DNA of 64,000 nt, from assembly GCA_963709585.1 (NCBI GenBank), contig CAVPXI010000004.1:224001-288000 (forward strand), read 5' to 3'. Position 1 is the first letter of the stretch. Each line of letters starts with the position of its first letter. Both the position numbers and the translations under genes were made by a program. Below, piece after piece: positions 18,898-28,657 of this stretch. This stretch comes from Candidatus Dormiibacterota bacterium. Its GTDB lineage: Bacteria > Chloroflexota > Dormibacteria > Aeolococcales > Aeolococcaceae. A model generated the notes under the pieces. It was not told where the DNA came from, did not search any database, and saw nothing but the letters and a program-made list of their open reading frames with translations.

Positions 18898-20258
18898 CCG
18901 ACACGCCGGTGGTGGTGATCGGAGCGGGGCGGAGCGGCCTCGCTTGCGCGCTGACCCTCGCCCGGGAGGGCCACCACGTCGTGCTCGTCGATCGCTCCGA
19001 CACCCTCGCAATCCGGGAGCGCATCGCGCTGCTCCCCGCCACGGTCGATGTGCGTCTTGGCGGCTACCCCGACGATGTCGCGGCGGACGCGCTCATGGTC
19101 TGCCCGAGTCCGGGCGTGCCCTGGGACGCCCCCGAGCTCGAGATCGCTCGCAGTCACGGCGTACCCGTGCGCAGCGAGATGGACCTCGTCTTCGAGCGCT
19201 GCCGTGCGCGCATCTGCGGCGTCACCGGCACCAATGGCAAGACGACGACGACCGCGCTGGTCGCCGCGATCCTCGAGCGCGGCGGAGAACGCGTCCACCT
19301 CGGCGGCAACATCGGCGTGACCATGCTCGACCGTCTCGACGCGGTGAGCGACACCGACTGGGTGGTTCTCGAGCTGTCATCGTTCCAGATCGAGTTTGTG
19401 CGCGAGCCGCGCTGCGCGATCGCGTGCGTGCTCAACGTGACACCCGATCACCTCGACCGCCACGGCGATTTCGCGGCCTATGCCGAGACCAAGCGACGCC
19501 TGGTGCGATTCGCGCTCGATGACGCGGTCCTCGGCTTTGACGATCCGACCACGCGAGCGATGGCCGAGGTTGCACAGTGCCGCGTGCACGAGTTCGGTAT
19601 CGGCCCCGGCATCATCGACGGCGCGACGCGCAGCGGCGACGACGTGGTCGTCGTCGAGCAGGGCGCGGTGACGCCGGTGCTGCCGGTGGGTGACATCCCG
19701 CTTTTCGGGGAGCACAACCTGCAGAACGTGCTCGCCGCGGTCGCGGTCGCACGTGCCGCCGGGGTCGCGACGTCGCCGATCGCCGGCGCGGTGCGCGATT
19801 TCCACGCGGTGCCGCACCGGTTGCAGACCGTCCGCGATCGGGATGGCGTGCTCTGGATCAACGACAGCAAGGCGACCAACGTCGAATCCGCGACCGCGGC
19901 GCTGCGTTCCTTTCCGGGCCGGACCATCGTGTGGATCGGCGGCGGCAAGGGTGCCGGCACGTCGATCGAGCCACTCGCCGACGAGATCGCAGCTCGGGCG
20001 CGCCACGCGGTGCTCAACGGAGCGAGCGCGGGCGAGCTCGACGAGGCGCTCGCGCGGCGGGGCTTTGTCGCCCGCACCGTCGTCGCCACCCTCGAGGATG
20101 CAGTGGTCGCTGCCGCCGGGCTCGCGCGCGACGGCGACGTGGTGCTGCTCGCCCCCGGATACAAGAGCTTCGACCAGTTCCGCGATTTCGAGGATCGCGG
20201 TCACGCGTTCCGTGAAGCCGTCGAGCACCTCTCGACGCACGCTGTGAGCAGGGATTGA
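18894..20258 (+). CDS. murD: UDP-MurNAc-L-Ala-D-Glu ligase
   Basis: SPGVP, GTNGKTTT, ELSSFQ, DHLDRH, NDSKATN. Confidence 0.96.
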   Translation: MTDTPVVVIGAGRSGLACALTLAREGHHVVLVDRSDTLAIRERIALLPATVDVRLGGYPDDVAADALMVCPSPGVPWDAPELEIARSHGVPVRSEMDLVFERCRARICGVTGTNGKTTTTALVAAILERGGERVHLGGNIGVTMLDRLDAVSDTDWVVLELSSFQIEFVREPRCAIACVLNVTPDHLDRHGDFAAYAETKRRLVRFALDDAVLGFDDPTTRAMAEVAQCRVHEFGIGPGIIDGATRSGDDVVVVEQGAVTPVLPVGDIPLFGEHNLQNVLAAVAVARAAGVATSPIAGAVRDFHAVPHRLQTVRDRDGVLWINDSKATNVESATAALRSFPGRTIVWIGGGKGAGTSIEPLADEIAARARHAVLNGASAGELDEALARRGFVARTVVATLEDAVVAAAGLARDGDVVLLAPGYKSFDQFRDFEDRGHAFREAVEHLSTHAVSRD

Positions 20259-21553
20259 TGGCGGCGAGGACCGGCAGGCTCACCGACGGCCTCGCTGGCA
20301 AATGGCGCTGGCGTGGTGGTGCCCGCGTGGCCGGTGCCTTCGCATCGGCGGATCGCGCCGCCGCAGCCGCCGGGGTCGACGGCTGGCTGATGATCATCGT
20401 CGTCGGCCTGGTCGGGTTCGGGTTGGTGATGGTCTACAGCGCATCCGAGGCGCTCGGTTTCCTCTGGTACAACGACCCCAACTACTTCTTCGCCCATCAG
20501 CTGCTCGGAGCGGCACTGGGCGGCGTCGGTCTCGTCGTGGCCGCGAAGGTCGACTACCACCGCCTCTCCCGGCTCGCGCGTCCGGCCATGTTCCTGATGC
20601 TCGTCCTGCTCGTGGTGGTGCTGATCCCGCACGTCGGTGCGCGGCATTTCGGCGCGCAACGCTGGTTCCAGGTCGGTCCGCTCTCGGTGCAGCCGTCTGC
20701 GATCGCCGTCGGGGTCGCGATCGTCTTCTTCTCGCGCTGGCTCACCGACCGGGAAGGTTCGGTGCGAACCCTGCGCGGCGTTCGCGACTACGTCATCGTG
20801 CTCGTGGCGCTCCTCGGCCTCGTGCTCGCGGAGCGCGACTTCGGCAGCTCGATCGTCATCGCCGCGACGGCGCTGATCCTGCTCGCCCTGGCCGGCGCCC
20901 GCAAGCGGCACCTCCTGTTGATCATCGTCGGCTTCGGAGGGCTGAGCTTCGCCCTGGTGGACCTGGTCGCCTACCGGGCAGACCGCCTCGCTCATTTCCT
21001 GAATCCCTGCGCCGCCGCGCTCGGCTCGGGGTTCCAGAACTGCCAGGCGCTCTACGCCTTCGGCTCCGGCGGAATCTTCGGGGTCGGGCTGGGCAACTCG
21101 GTGCAGAAGTACGAGTGGCTCCCCGAGGCGCACACCGACTTCATCTTCGCCATCATCGGCGAGGAACTCGGGCTGATCGGAACCGTCGCGGTCCTCGGGG
21201 CGTTCCTGTTCCTTGCGTGGCGCGGCGTTCGCGCCTCGCTTCGGGCGCCCGACCGATTCGGCGCTCTGCTCGCGGGAGGCATCACATCGTGGATCTGCAT
21301 GCAGGCGTTCATCAACGTGATGGCGGTCACCGGGGTCATCCCGACCACAGGCATCCCGCTGCCCTTCATCAGCTACGGTGGCACCTCGCTGGCGACCACC
21401 CTCGTGGGCATGGGCATCCTGCTCAACATCTCCGCTCAGGGTCGACGGCAAGGGACGACGAATCGTGCGCACGTTGATCGCTGGGGGGGGAACTGGGGGT
21501 CACTTGACCCCGGCCCTGGCGGTCGCGCTCGCCCTCCGAAGCGATCGGCCTGA
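20258..21553 (+). CDS. ftsW: SEDS family peptidoglycan glycosyltransferase FtsW
   Basis: LPEAHTDFIFAIIGEELG, PTTGIPLPFISYGG. Confidence 0.95.
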   Translation: MAARTGRLTDGLAGKWRWRGGARVAGAFASADRAAAAAGVDGWLMIIVVGLVGFGLVMVYSASEALGFLWYNDPNYFFAHQLLGAALGGVGLVVAAKVDYHRLSRLARPAMFLMLVLLVVVLIPHVGARHFGAQRWFQVGPLSVQPSAIAVGVAIVFFSRWLTDREGSVRTLRGVRDYVIVLVALLGLVLAERDFGSSIVIAATALILLALAGARKRHLLLIIVGFGGLSFALVDLVAYRADRLAHFLNPCAAALGSGFQNCQALYAFGSGGIFGVGLGNSVQKYEWLPEAHTDFIFAIIGEELGLIGTVAVLGAFLFLAWRGVRASLRAPDRFGALLAGGITSWICMQAFINVMAVTGVIPTTGIPLPFISYGGTSLATTLVGMGILLNISAQGRRQGTTNRAHVDRWGGNWGSLDPGPGGRARPPKRSA

Positions 21554-22568
21554 GGACGAGGTGGCCGTGGTCGGCCGCCGGGACGGGGTGGCCGAGCGCC
21601 TCGTGGTCGCAGCCGGTCTCCACCTCGAGACCCTCGACATCAGTGGAGTCGATGTGGGCAGCGCCGGAGGCGTTGCCCGCGCCACGACCCAATTGACGCG
21701 GGCCACCATCGCCGCGCGCCGGCTGCTGCGCCGGATGCGGCCCGACGTCGTCGTCGGCGCCGGGGGGTATGTGTCCGTCCCTGTGGTCGTGGCCGCGCTC
21801 GCCCAGCGCATCCCGGTGGTGCTGCTCGAGCAGAACGCGGTACCGGGCCGCGCGACCCGGATGCTCGCCCGTCGAGCCAGGGTCGTCGCCGCCTCGTTCG
21901 CGGAAACGGCGGCGCATCTTCCCCACGCCCGGGTCGTCCATACCGGCAACCCGGTGCGCGCCGAGGTCCGGGGCATCAGCGTCCGCCCGATCGGCGACCG
22001 GCTTCGCTCGATCCTGATCACCGGTGGGTCCCAGGGCGCGAGGCGGCTCAATCGAGCCGTGGCCGGATGCATGGTCGAGCTGCTCAGCGCCGACCCGGAG
22101 CTGAGCATCGTCCACCAGTGCGGCAGCCTCGACTACGCGGACGTGGAGCGCGCCGCCGCGGCGCTTCCCCCGCGGCTGGCAATTCGGTACACAGCCGGCG
22201 CCTTCTTCGACGACATGGCGGAGCGGATAGCGCAGAGCGACCTCGTGGTGATGCGGGCGGGCGGATCGTCGATCGCCGAATGCGCGGCGCTCGGGCGCCC
22301 GATGATCGTGGTCCCGTACCCGCATGCCGGTGGGCATCAGCGCCACAACGCCGCCCCCTACGTCGCGGCCGGTGCCGCCATGGTCATCGACGACGCCGAA
22401 TGCACCCCCGAGCGTCTGCGAGCCGAAATCACCGCGCTGGTCTCCGACCCGTCGCGGTGGCGATCGATGGCGGCCGCGAGCGCGGCGCTCGGCCTTCCGG
22501 ACGCCACCGACTCGGTGGTGCGGCTCATCGTCGAGGCAGCGGGCCCGACTCGGAGCCAAGCCGCCTGA
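21465..22568 (+). CDS. murG: MurG glycosyltransferase
   Basis: GGGTGGH, GGYVS, EQN, TGNPVR, GGSQGA, HQRHNA. Confidence 0.96.
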   Translation: MRTLIAGGGTGGHLTPALAVALALRSDRPEDEVAVVGRRDGVAERLVVAAGLHLETLDISGVDVGSAGGVARATTQLTRATIAARRLLRRMRPDVVVGAGGYVSVPVVVAALAQRIPVVLLEQNAVPGRATRMLARRARVVAASFAETAAHLPHARVVHTGNPVRAEVRGISVRPIGDRLRSILITGGSQGARRLNRAVAGCMVELLSADPELSIVHQCGSLDYADVERAAAALPPRLAIRYTAGAFFDDMAERIAQSDLVVMRAGGSSIAECAALGRPMIVVPYPHAGGHQRHNAAPYVAAGAAMVIDDAECTPERLRAEITALVSDPSRWRSMAAASAALGLPDATDSVVRLIVEAAGPTRSQAA

Positions 22569-22570
22569 CG

Positions 22571-23971
22571 ATGCACGTGCACGTTCTCGGTATCTGCGGT
22601 TACGCGACCTTCGGCGCGGCAAACCTCGCCCGCGAGCGCGGCGACCTGGTGACCGGCTCCGACGACCACGCCTATCCGCCCATGAGCGACGCGGTGACCG
22701 CCGCGGGGATCGAATGGGAGAACCACAGCGACCCGGCCAATCTCGACCGCTGGGGCGTCCCCGATCTCGTCGTGGTCGGCAACCAGACGCGCCCGGCGAA
22801 CCTCGAGCTCGAGGCCGTGCGCCGGCGCGGTATCCCCTGCGTCAGCGAGATCGAGTTCTACGTGACCCTCGCCGGCGACCGCTCCCGGCTCACCGTCTGC
22901 GGCACCCACGGCAAGACCACCACGGCGGCGCTGCTGGCCCACATCCTCGATCGCGCTGGCTTGGATCCCGGGTTCCGTCTCGGCTCGACATCGCTCGACC
23001 TGGGTGGCACCTCGAGACTGGGCACCGGGCCGTTCGTGTTCGAGGGCGACGAGTACACGTCGGCACCGTGGGACCCACGCCCGAAATTCCTGCACACCAG
23101 GCCGAACGCCGCGTGCGTCACCCGCCTGGAGCTGGATCACCCCGACGTCTACGCAAGCCTCGAGGCGTATCGCGCGCCGTTTGTCGAGCTGGCCGCGACC
23201 ATGCCGTCGGACGGGGTGCTCGCGGTCTGCGCCGACGACCCCGAATGCCTCGCCCTGCGCGACGCGGCCACCGCTGTTGCTGTCACCTATGGCACGAAGG
23301 CGGGGAGCGACTGGTTGATCCGACAAGCCCACGAGCAGGACGGCATGCAGCGGTTCCGCGTGGAGCGGAACGCCGGGGCACCGCTCGATGTGGCGCTCAC
23401 GTTTCCCGGGCTCCACAACGCGCAGAACGCCTGCGCCGCGCTCATCGTCGCCGAGTTTGCCGGTGTCGAATCGGCGATCGCGGTGGGCGCGTGCGCGGAC
23501 TTCCGTGGGCCCGCGCGCCGGTTTCAGATCCTCGGCGAGGTTGCGGGCGTGGCGGTCGTCGACGACTACGCGCATCATCCGACCGAGGTCGCGGCCGCCA
23601 TCGACGCTGCACGGCAGCGCTACCCGGGACGCCGCCTGATCGCCATCCACACGCCGCACACGTACTCGCGTGTCAGCCGGCTGCTCGAGGATTACCGGCG
23701 CAGCTTCAACGGCGCCGACGTGGTGATCATCGGACCGATTGAGGAGGCGCGCGAGCGCGGCATGCCCAGGACCGTGTCGAGCCAGGACGTCGCCGACCGC
23801 GCCGGGCCGTCTCACGCCGTCCACGTGGTCGAATCGAGCGACGAGGCGATCGACATGGTCACGCGGATCGCTCGGCCCGGCGATGTGCTCCTGGTGCTCT
23901 CCCTCGGCGGCTTCGACAAGCTGGCGCTGCGGCTCCGCGATGCCCTGGAGGCCCAGGGTGTCCGCAGGTGA
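22571..23971 (+). CDS. MurC/Mpl-family Mur ligase (Mpl-like sequence in the murC position)
   Basis: HVLGICG, TGSD..YPPMS, GTHGKTTT, EGDEY, DHPD, DDYAHHPTE. Confidence 0.85.
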   Translation: MHVHVLGICGYATFGAANLARERGDLVTGSDDHAYPPMSDAVTAAGIEWENHSDPANLDRWGVPDLVVVGNQTRPANLELEAVRRRGIPCVSEIEFYVTLAGDRSRLTVCGTHGKTTTAALLAHILDRAGLDPGFRLGSTSLDLGGTSRLGTGPFVFEGDEYTSAPWDPRPKFLHTRPNAACVTRLELDHPDVYASLEAYRAPFVELAATMPSDGVLAVCADDPECLALRDAATAVAVTYGTKAGSDWLIRQAHEQDGMQRFRVERNAGAPLDVALTFPGLHNAQNACAALIVAEFAGVESAIAVGACADFRGPARRFQILGEVAGVAVVDDYAHHPTEVAAAIDAARQRYPGRRLIAIHTPHTYSRVSRLLEDYRRSFNGADVVIIGPIEEARERGMPRTVSSQDVADRAGPSHAVHVVESSDEAIDMVTRIARPGDVLLVLSLGGFDKLALRLRDALEAQGVRR

Positions 23972-24878
23972 CTGGCTCGACGCGTATCCGGGCGTGCTCG
24001 TCAACGAGCCCCTCGCGCGCCACAGCCAGTTCGGCGTCGGCGGCCCGGCGCGCTGGTTCATCACTACCCGAGACGTCACCGTGCTCGCGGAGCTGCTGCG
24101 CCGCTGCACCTCTTCCGGGATCTCGGTGACCATGGTCGGAGCCGGCAGCAACGCGCTCATCAGCGACTCGGGCATCCAGGGGCTGGTGGTACGCCACAAC
24201 GATCGCCGGGTCCGGGTCGCCGATGCGCACAGCCTCGAGCTCGGCGCGGGCTGCATGATGCCGCGCGTGGCACTCGACTGCGCGTTGCGCGGCCTTGCGG
24301 GACTCGAATTCGGCATCGGCGTGCCGGGCACGTGCGGCGCAAGCGTGTTCGGCAACGCGGGCGCCTTCGGAACCGAGCTGGCCGATGTTCTGATCGACTG
24401 CACTTCGCTGGGTCCGAGCGGGGAGCCGCTCACGCTCCCGGCGGCGGCGTGCGACTTCAAGTACCGCCACTCCCGCTTCAAGGACGACCTCCGCGGTCAT
24501 GCCATCGTCAGCGCTCGGCTGCGCGTCCATGACGACGACCCCGACCGGGTTCGCGAGCGCACCGACACGATCCAGGCGGAGCGCAAAGCGTCGCAGCCAT
24601 ACGGGATTCGCAGCCTCGGCAGCGTCTTCAAGAATCCGCCCGATGACCGGGCCGGGCGGCTCATCGAGGCGGCGGGCCTCAAGGGGCGACGATCCGGCGG
24701 CGCACAGATCTCACCAAAACATGCGAACTTCATAGTCAACGTCGATCACGCCACCGCCGCGGACGTTCTGAATCTCGTCCGCGTCGCGCACGACGCCGTC
24801 CACGAGCAATTCGGCGTCGATCTCGAGCGGGAGATCATCGTCCTCGGTGGAGAGGAACCGGGCGATGAGCGTGACTGA
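23958..24878 (+). CDS. murB: UDP-N-acetylenolpyruvoylglucosamine reductase
   Basis: GAGSN, GLEFGIGVPG, NAGA, SLGSVFKNP, HANFIVN. Confidence 0.95.
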   Translation: MSAGDWLDAYPGVLVNEPLARHSQFGVGGPARWFITTRDVTVLAELLRRCTSSGISVTMVGAGSNALISDSGIQGLVVRHNDRRVRVADAHSLELGAGCMMPRVALDCALRGLAGLEFGIGVPGTCGASVFGNAGAFGTELADVLIDCTSLGPSGEPLTLPAAACDFKYRHSRFKDDLRGHAIVSARLRVHDDDPDRVRERTDTIQAERKASQPYGIRSLGSVFKNPPDDRAGRLIEAAGLKGRRSGGAQISPKHANFIVNVDHATAADVLNLVRVAHDAVHEQFGVDLEREIIVLGGEEPGDERD

Positions 24879-26064
24879 GCAGGTCAAGGTCGGCGTCTTC
24901 TTCGGCAGCCGGTCTGTCGAGCACGAGGTCTCGGTCATCACCGCGCAGCAGGCGATGGCGGCCATGCCCGCGGATCGCTTCGTGCCCGTACCCGTGTACA
25001 TCGCGAAGTCGGGCGCATGGTACACCGGCGACCAGCTGCTCCAGCTCGAACGGTACAAGGACATCGACCGGCTGATCGCGGCGTCGACGAGGGTCACCAT
25101 GCGCCCCGAACCGTCGAGCGGCGGTGAGCTCATCGAGGTCGAAGCCCGCCGGGGGTTGCTCGGAGGATCCGCTCGCACGGCGGCGCGCTTCGACGTTGCG
25201 ATGCCGCTCGTGCACGGCTCCAACGGTGAGGACGGCACGCTCCAGGGTCTGTTCGAGCTGGCAGCACTGCCGTACTGCGGATGCGACGTCGTGTCGGCCG
25301 CGGTGAGCATGGACAAGCGCCTGTCTCGAACCACGCTCCGCGGGGCGGGCATTCCCGTGCTCGACGACGTGATGATCTCGCGCGCTCGCTGGCTCGAACA
25401 GCCGGACGCCGTTCGCGCGCGACTCGCGGAGCGCCCCGGATTCCCCATGTATGTGAAGCCGCGCCGCCTCGGGTCGAGCATCGGTGTGGCGCGTGTGGAC
25501 GGTGACGCAGCGTTGCGCGACGCGCTCGAGGTCGCCTTCAGCTACGACACCTCGATTCTCGCCGAGCAGGCTCAGGACGGCAGCATCGAGGTCAATTGCT
25601 CCGTGCTCGGGTGGGGCGACGAAGTGCGGGTGTCGGTATGTGAGCAACCCGTGAGCAGTGGCACGCTCAGCTATGCCGACAAATATCTCAGCGGCGCCAA
25701 GGGAAAGGGCGGCGCCAAGGCACCGGCGTCGGGGATGAAGAGCTCACAGCGCATCATCCCCGCACCCATATCGGACTCGCTCACCAGCCGGATCCAGGAC
25801 ACGGCGATGTCGTCGTTTCGCGCCATCGGCGCCGCCGGTGTCACACGGATTGACTTCCTGGTCTCGCCGGAGCGTGATTCCTTTGTCGTCAACGAGTTGA
25901 ACACGCTCCCCGGCTCACTGTCGTTCTATCTGTGGGAAGCGTCGGGACTGCGATTCGACGCCCTGCTCGTCCGCCTCATCGACATGGCGATGGCGCGTCA
26001 CCGCGAGCAGCAGGCAACCACATCATCGATCGACACGTGGCTGCTCACCGGCCGGCCGGGCTGA
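24865..26064 (+). CDS. ddl: D-alanine-D-alanine ligase
   Basis: FGSRSVEHEVS, HGSNGEDG, GSSIG, YADKY, ELNTLPGS. Confidence 0.93.
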   Translation: MSVTEQVKVGVFFGSRSVEHEVSVITAQQAMAAMPADRFVPVPVYIAKSGAWYTGDQLLQLERYKDIDRLIAASTRVTMRPEPSSGGELIEVEARRGLLGGSARTAARFDVAMPLVHGSNGEDGTLQGLFELAALPYCGCDVVSAAVSMDKRLSRTTLRGAGIPVLDDVMISRARWLEQPDAVRARLAERPGFPMYVKPRRLGSSIGVARVDGDAALRDALEVAFSYDTSILAEQAQDGSIEVNCSVLGWGDEVRVSVCEQPVSSGTLSYADKYLSGAKGKGGAKAPASGMKSSQRIIPAPISDSLTSRIQDTAMSSFRAIGAAGVTRIDFLVSPERDSFVVNELNTLPGSLSFYLWEASGLRFDALLVRLIDMAMARHREQQATTSSIDTWLLTGRPG

Positions 26065-26093
26065 GCGGCGACCTGCCTGGGGAGCGAGTGAGC

Positions 26094-26879
26094 ATGGCCG
26101 GGGGCGCTGGAGAGATCCCGCGCGCGGCGGTGGAGCAGCGGGGCAACGGCCGGCCACTGTTGCTCCTCCACGGCTGGGGCGTTTCGTCCGAGCTCTTTGC
26201 CCCGATTCTCGACGGGCTGCAGGCGGGAAGCCACCTGATCGTCCCCGACCTCCCCGGGTTCGGCGCCACGGCGGAGCCGGACGCTCCCTGGTCGGTGCAC
26301 GAGTACGCCGCCTGGTGCATCGCGTTGCTCGACCGGCTCGGGGTCGACAGCTGCGACCTGGTCGGACACTCGAACGGCGGCCGGATCGGGATCGTCATCG
26401 CCGCCACGTACCCCGGGCGGGTGCGGCGGATGGTGCTGACGGGAAGCGCCGGCATCCGGCCGCGACGAACGTTGCGCGGAGCCGCGCGGGTCCGGTCGTA
26501 CAAGGCGCTCCGAGCCGTGCAACGGTCGGGGGTGGTGCCCCAGGCACTGCGCCGGGCTGCCGGCCGCAATGCCGACCAGCGCGGCTCCGCGGACTATCGC
26601 GCGGTGTCGGGGGTCATGCGCGGCACGCTCGTCCGCATCGTCAACGAGGACCTCCGACCACTCCTGCCCACGCTCGACCTTCCGGTCCTGCTCATCTGGG
26701 GGGACCACGACACCGAGGCACCGCTCTCGGACGGCCGGGTGATGGAACGCCTCATCCCCGACGCGGGGCTGGTCGTGTTCGAGGGCGCGGGTCACTTCGC
26801 GTACCTCGAGCAGCCTGGGCGATTCTGCCGGATCGTCGAAGTCTTCCTGCGTGACGAGCAGGACGAGGGCTCGGCATGA
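26094..26879 (+). CDS. Alpha/beta hydrolase embedded in the dcw cluster
   Basis: LHGWG, DLPGFG, GHSNGG, WGDHD, GHF; ATGA overlap with murF. Confidence 0.88.
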   Translation: MAGGAGEIPRAAVEQRGNGRPLLLLHGWGVSSELFAPILDGLQAGSHLIVPDLPGFGATAEPDAPWSVHEYAAWCIALLDRLGVDSCDLVGHSNGGRIGIVIAATYPGRVRRMVLTGSAGIRPRRTLRGAARVRSYKALRAVQRSGVVPQALRRAAGRNADQRGSADYRAVSGVMRGTLVRIVNEDLRPLLPTLDLPVLLIWGDHDTEAPLSDGRVMERLIPDAGLVVFEGAGHFAYLEQPGRFCRIVEVFLRDEQDEGSA

Positions 26880-28540
26880 GCCCGCTCGTCGGCCCGCTGG
26901 TCGCGCTTGCGGCGATCGTCTGGCTCATCCTCATCTTTCGGATCGTTCTCGTCGCGGCTCGAATGTTCCAGATCGAGGAGTACGAATCGGTTCGCTTCCT
27001 GCGCTGGGGGCTGACCCGCCAGTGGCTTGCCCATCGCGCGGTCTGGCTTGGGCTCCTGGTTGGAGCGGTGGCGCTCAGCGCCGCGGCGGTGCTCCCCGCG
27101 GCGCGACCGGTCGGCATCGCGATCGCGTGGCTGGCGTCGGCCGCGGCGGCGCAGTTCACGTGGCGATGGACGTCGCCAAAGCGACCGCTGGTGATGACCG
27201 CCCGGATGCGCCGCCTGCTCATCGCCGGCGGATTCCTCGCGGTGGTGCTCGCCGCGGGGCTCGCGCTCGGCATCGTCACCCTGCACCCGGTCATCTCCGC
27301 GATCCTCGTGCTGATCGCGGGCGGCGTGGTCACCGGCCTCAGCGAGATCCTGCTGGTTGCTGCCAATGTCGTCACCAAGCCGGCGGAGGCGCGGATCCGC
27401 CGCCACTATCTCGGGCTCGCCGCGGCGCGCATGAAAGTGGTCGACCCGGTCGTCGTCGCCGTCGTCGGCAGCTTCGGCAAGACCAGCACCAAGCACATCC
27501 TCGCGCAGCTGCTCCAACCGAGTGTGAACACGCTGCCAACGCGCAAGAGTTTCAACACGCTGATGGGCGTGACCCGTGTGATCAACGAGGATCTCACCCC
27601 CGAGCACCGGGTTTTCATCGTCGAGATGGACGCTTACGCGCAGGGCGAGATCGCGGCGATGAGCGACCTCGTGCACCCGCGGATGGCGATCATCACCGCC
27701 ATCGGCCCGCAGCACATGGAGCGCTTCGGCACCATCGAGCGAATCGCCGGCGCGATGTATGAGGTCGCGAGCGCGCTGCCGGCCGATGGGACATTGATCG
27801 TATACACCGGGGACCAGGCCGGTGCCGTGCTCGCAGAGCGGGCGCGGGCGGACCAGCGTCACCTGATCCGCTACGCGCTCGCCGATGACGCCCAGATGGT
27901 GGACGCCGACGTCGTCGCGTCGTCGATCCGGATCGATTCGCACGGTGGCGCATTCCGCTGGCGCTGGGACGCCGAGGGCCTCGACCGTGAGGTGACGATC
28001 CCGCTGCTCGGACGCCACCAGGTAGCCAACGTGAGCGCGGCGCTGGCCGCGGTCCGCATCCTCGGGTATTCGATCGACGGGGCGATCACCGCCGCCGCGT
28101 CACTCGAGCAGGTCGAGCACCGCCTTCAGTTGATGGCCAGCGCGGGTCCGCTCACGGTGATCGACGATTCGTACAACGCCAACCCGGTCGGAGTCCACAA
28201 CGGCCTGGAGGTGCTCGCTGCGATGAGCGGGGCTCATAAATTCCTGGTCACGCCCGGGCTCGTCGAGCTGGGCGGCGTCGAGACCGAGGAGAACCGGCGC
28301 TATGGCGAGCACGCGGCGAAGGTGTGCGACCACGTGATCGTCATGTCCGCGAAGACGAGCGCGGCGCTGTGCGCCGGTTTGCGCGACGGCGGCATGGGCG
28401 AGGATCGTATTCATGTGGTCGACACCCTCGACGAGGCGACCATGCTGCTCCAGCGGCTGTCCCGCCCCGGGGACGTGGTGCTGTTCGCCAACGATCTCCC
28501 CGACACATATTTGCCCGTGGCGCGCGCACCTCGCGCGTAG
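26876..28540 (+). CDS. murF: MurF-type ligase with N-terminal transmembrane region
   Basis: Several hydrophobic helices followed by GSFGKTSTK, SFNT, EM, DDSYNANP, TPGLVELG, NDLPD. Confidence 0.85.
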   Translation: MSPLVGPLVALAAIVWLILIFRIVLVAARMFQIEEYESVRFLRWGLTRQWLAHRAVWLGLLVGAVALSAAAVLPAARPVGIAIAWLASAAAAQFTWRWTSPKRPLVMTARMRRLLIAGGFLAVVLAAGLALGIVTLHPVISAILVLIAGGVVTGLSEILLVAANVVTKPAEARIRRHYLGLAAARMKVVDPVVVAVVGSFGKTSTKHILAQLLQPSVNTLPTRKSFNTLMGVTRVINEDLTPEHRVFIVEMDAYAQGEIAAMSDLVHPRMAIITAIGPQHMERFGTIERIAGAMYEVASALPADGTLIVYTGDQAGAVLAERARADQRHLIRYALADDAQMVDADVVASSIRIDSHGGAFRWRWDAEGLDREVTIPLLGRHQVANVSAALAAVRILGYSIDGAITAAASLEQVEHRLQLMASAGPLTVIDDSYNANPVGVHNGLEVLAAMSGAHKFLVTPGLVELGGVETEENRRYGEHAAKVCDHVIVMSAKTSAALCAGLRDGGMGEDRIHVVDTLDEATMLLQRLSRPGDVVLFANDLPDTYLPVARAPRA

Positions 28541-28657
28541 AGCGGTCACGCCGGCTTCGCCTGGGAGATAATCGGCGCGGCTCCGTACGGCCACAACGTC
28601 TCAGCACACGTCTCAGCCTGCGTATATGCAACGTCCTCACCGCACCGAGCACGCCCT

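Noticed and set aside
21465-21553. 89-bp ftsW/murG overlap as an error in the G8 run
   Set aside because: The murG GGGTGGH motif is in frame across the run, so it is most likely a harmless read-through tail of ftsW.
22358-24481. Long antisense ORFs (this one, 35915-38017, 31310-33175 and others)
   Set aside because: Shadow ORFs of high-GC coding sequence with no recognisable motifs.
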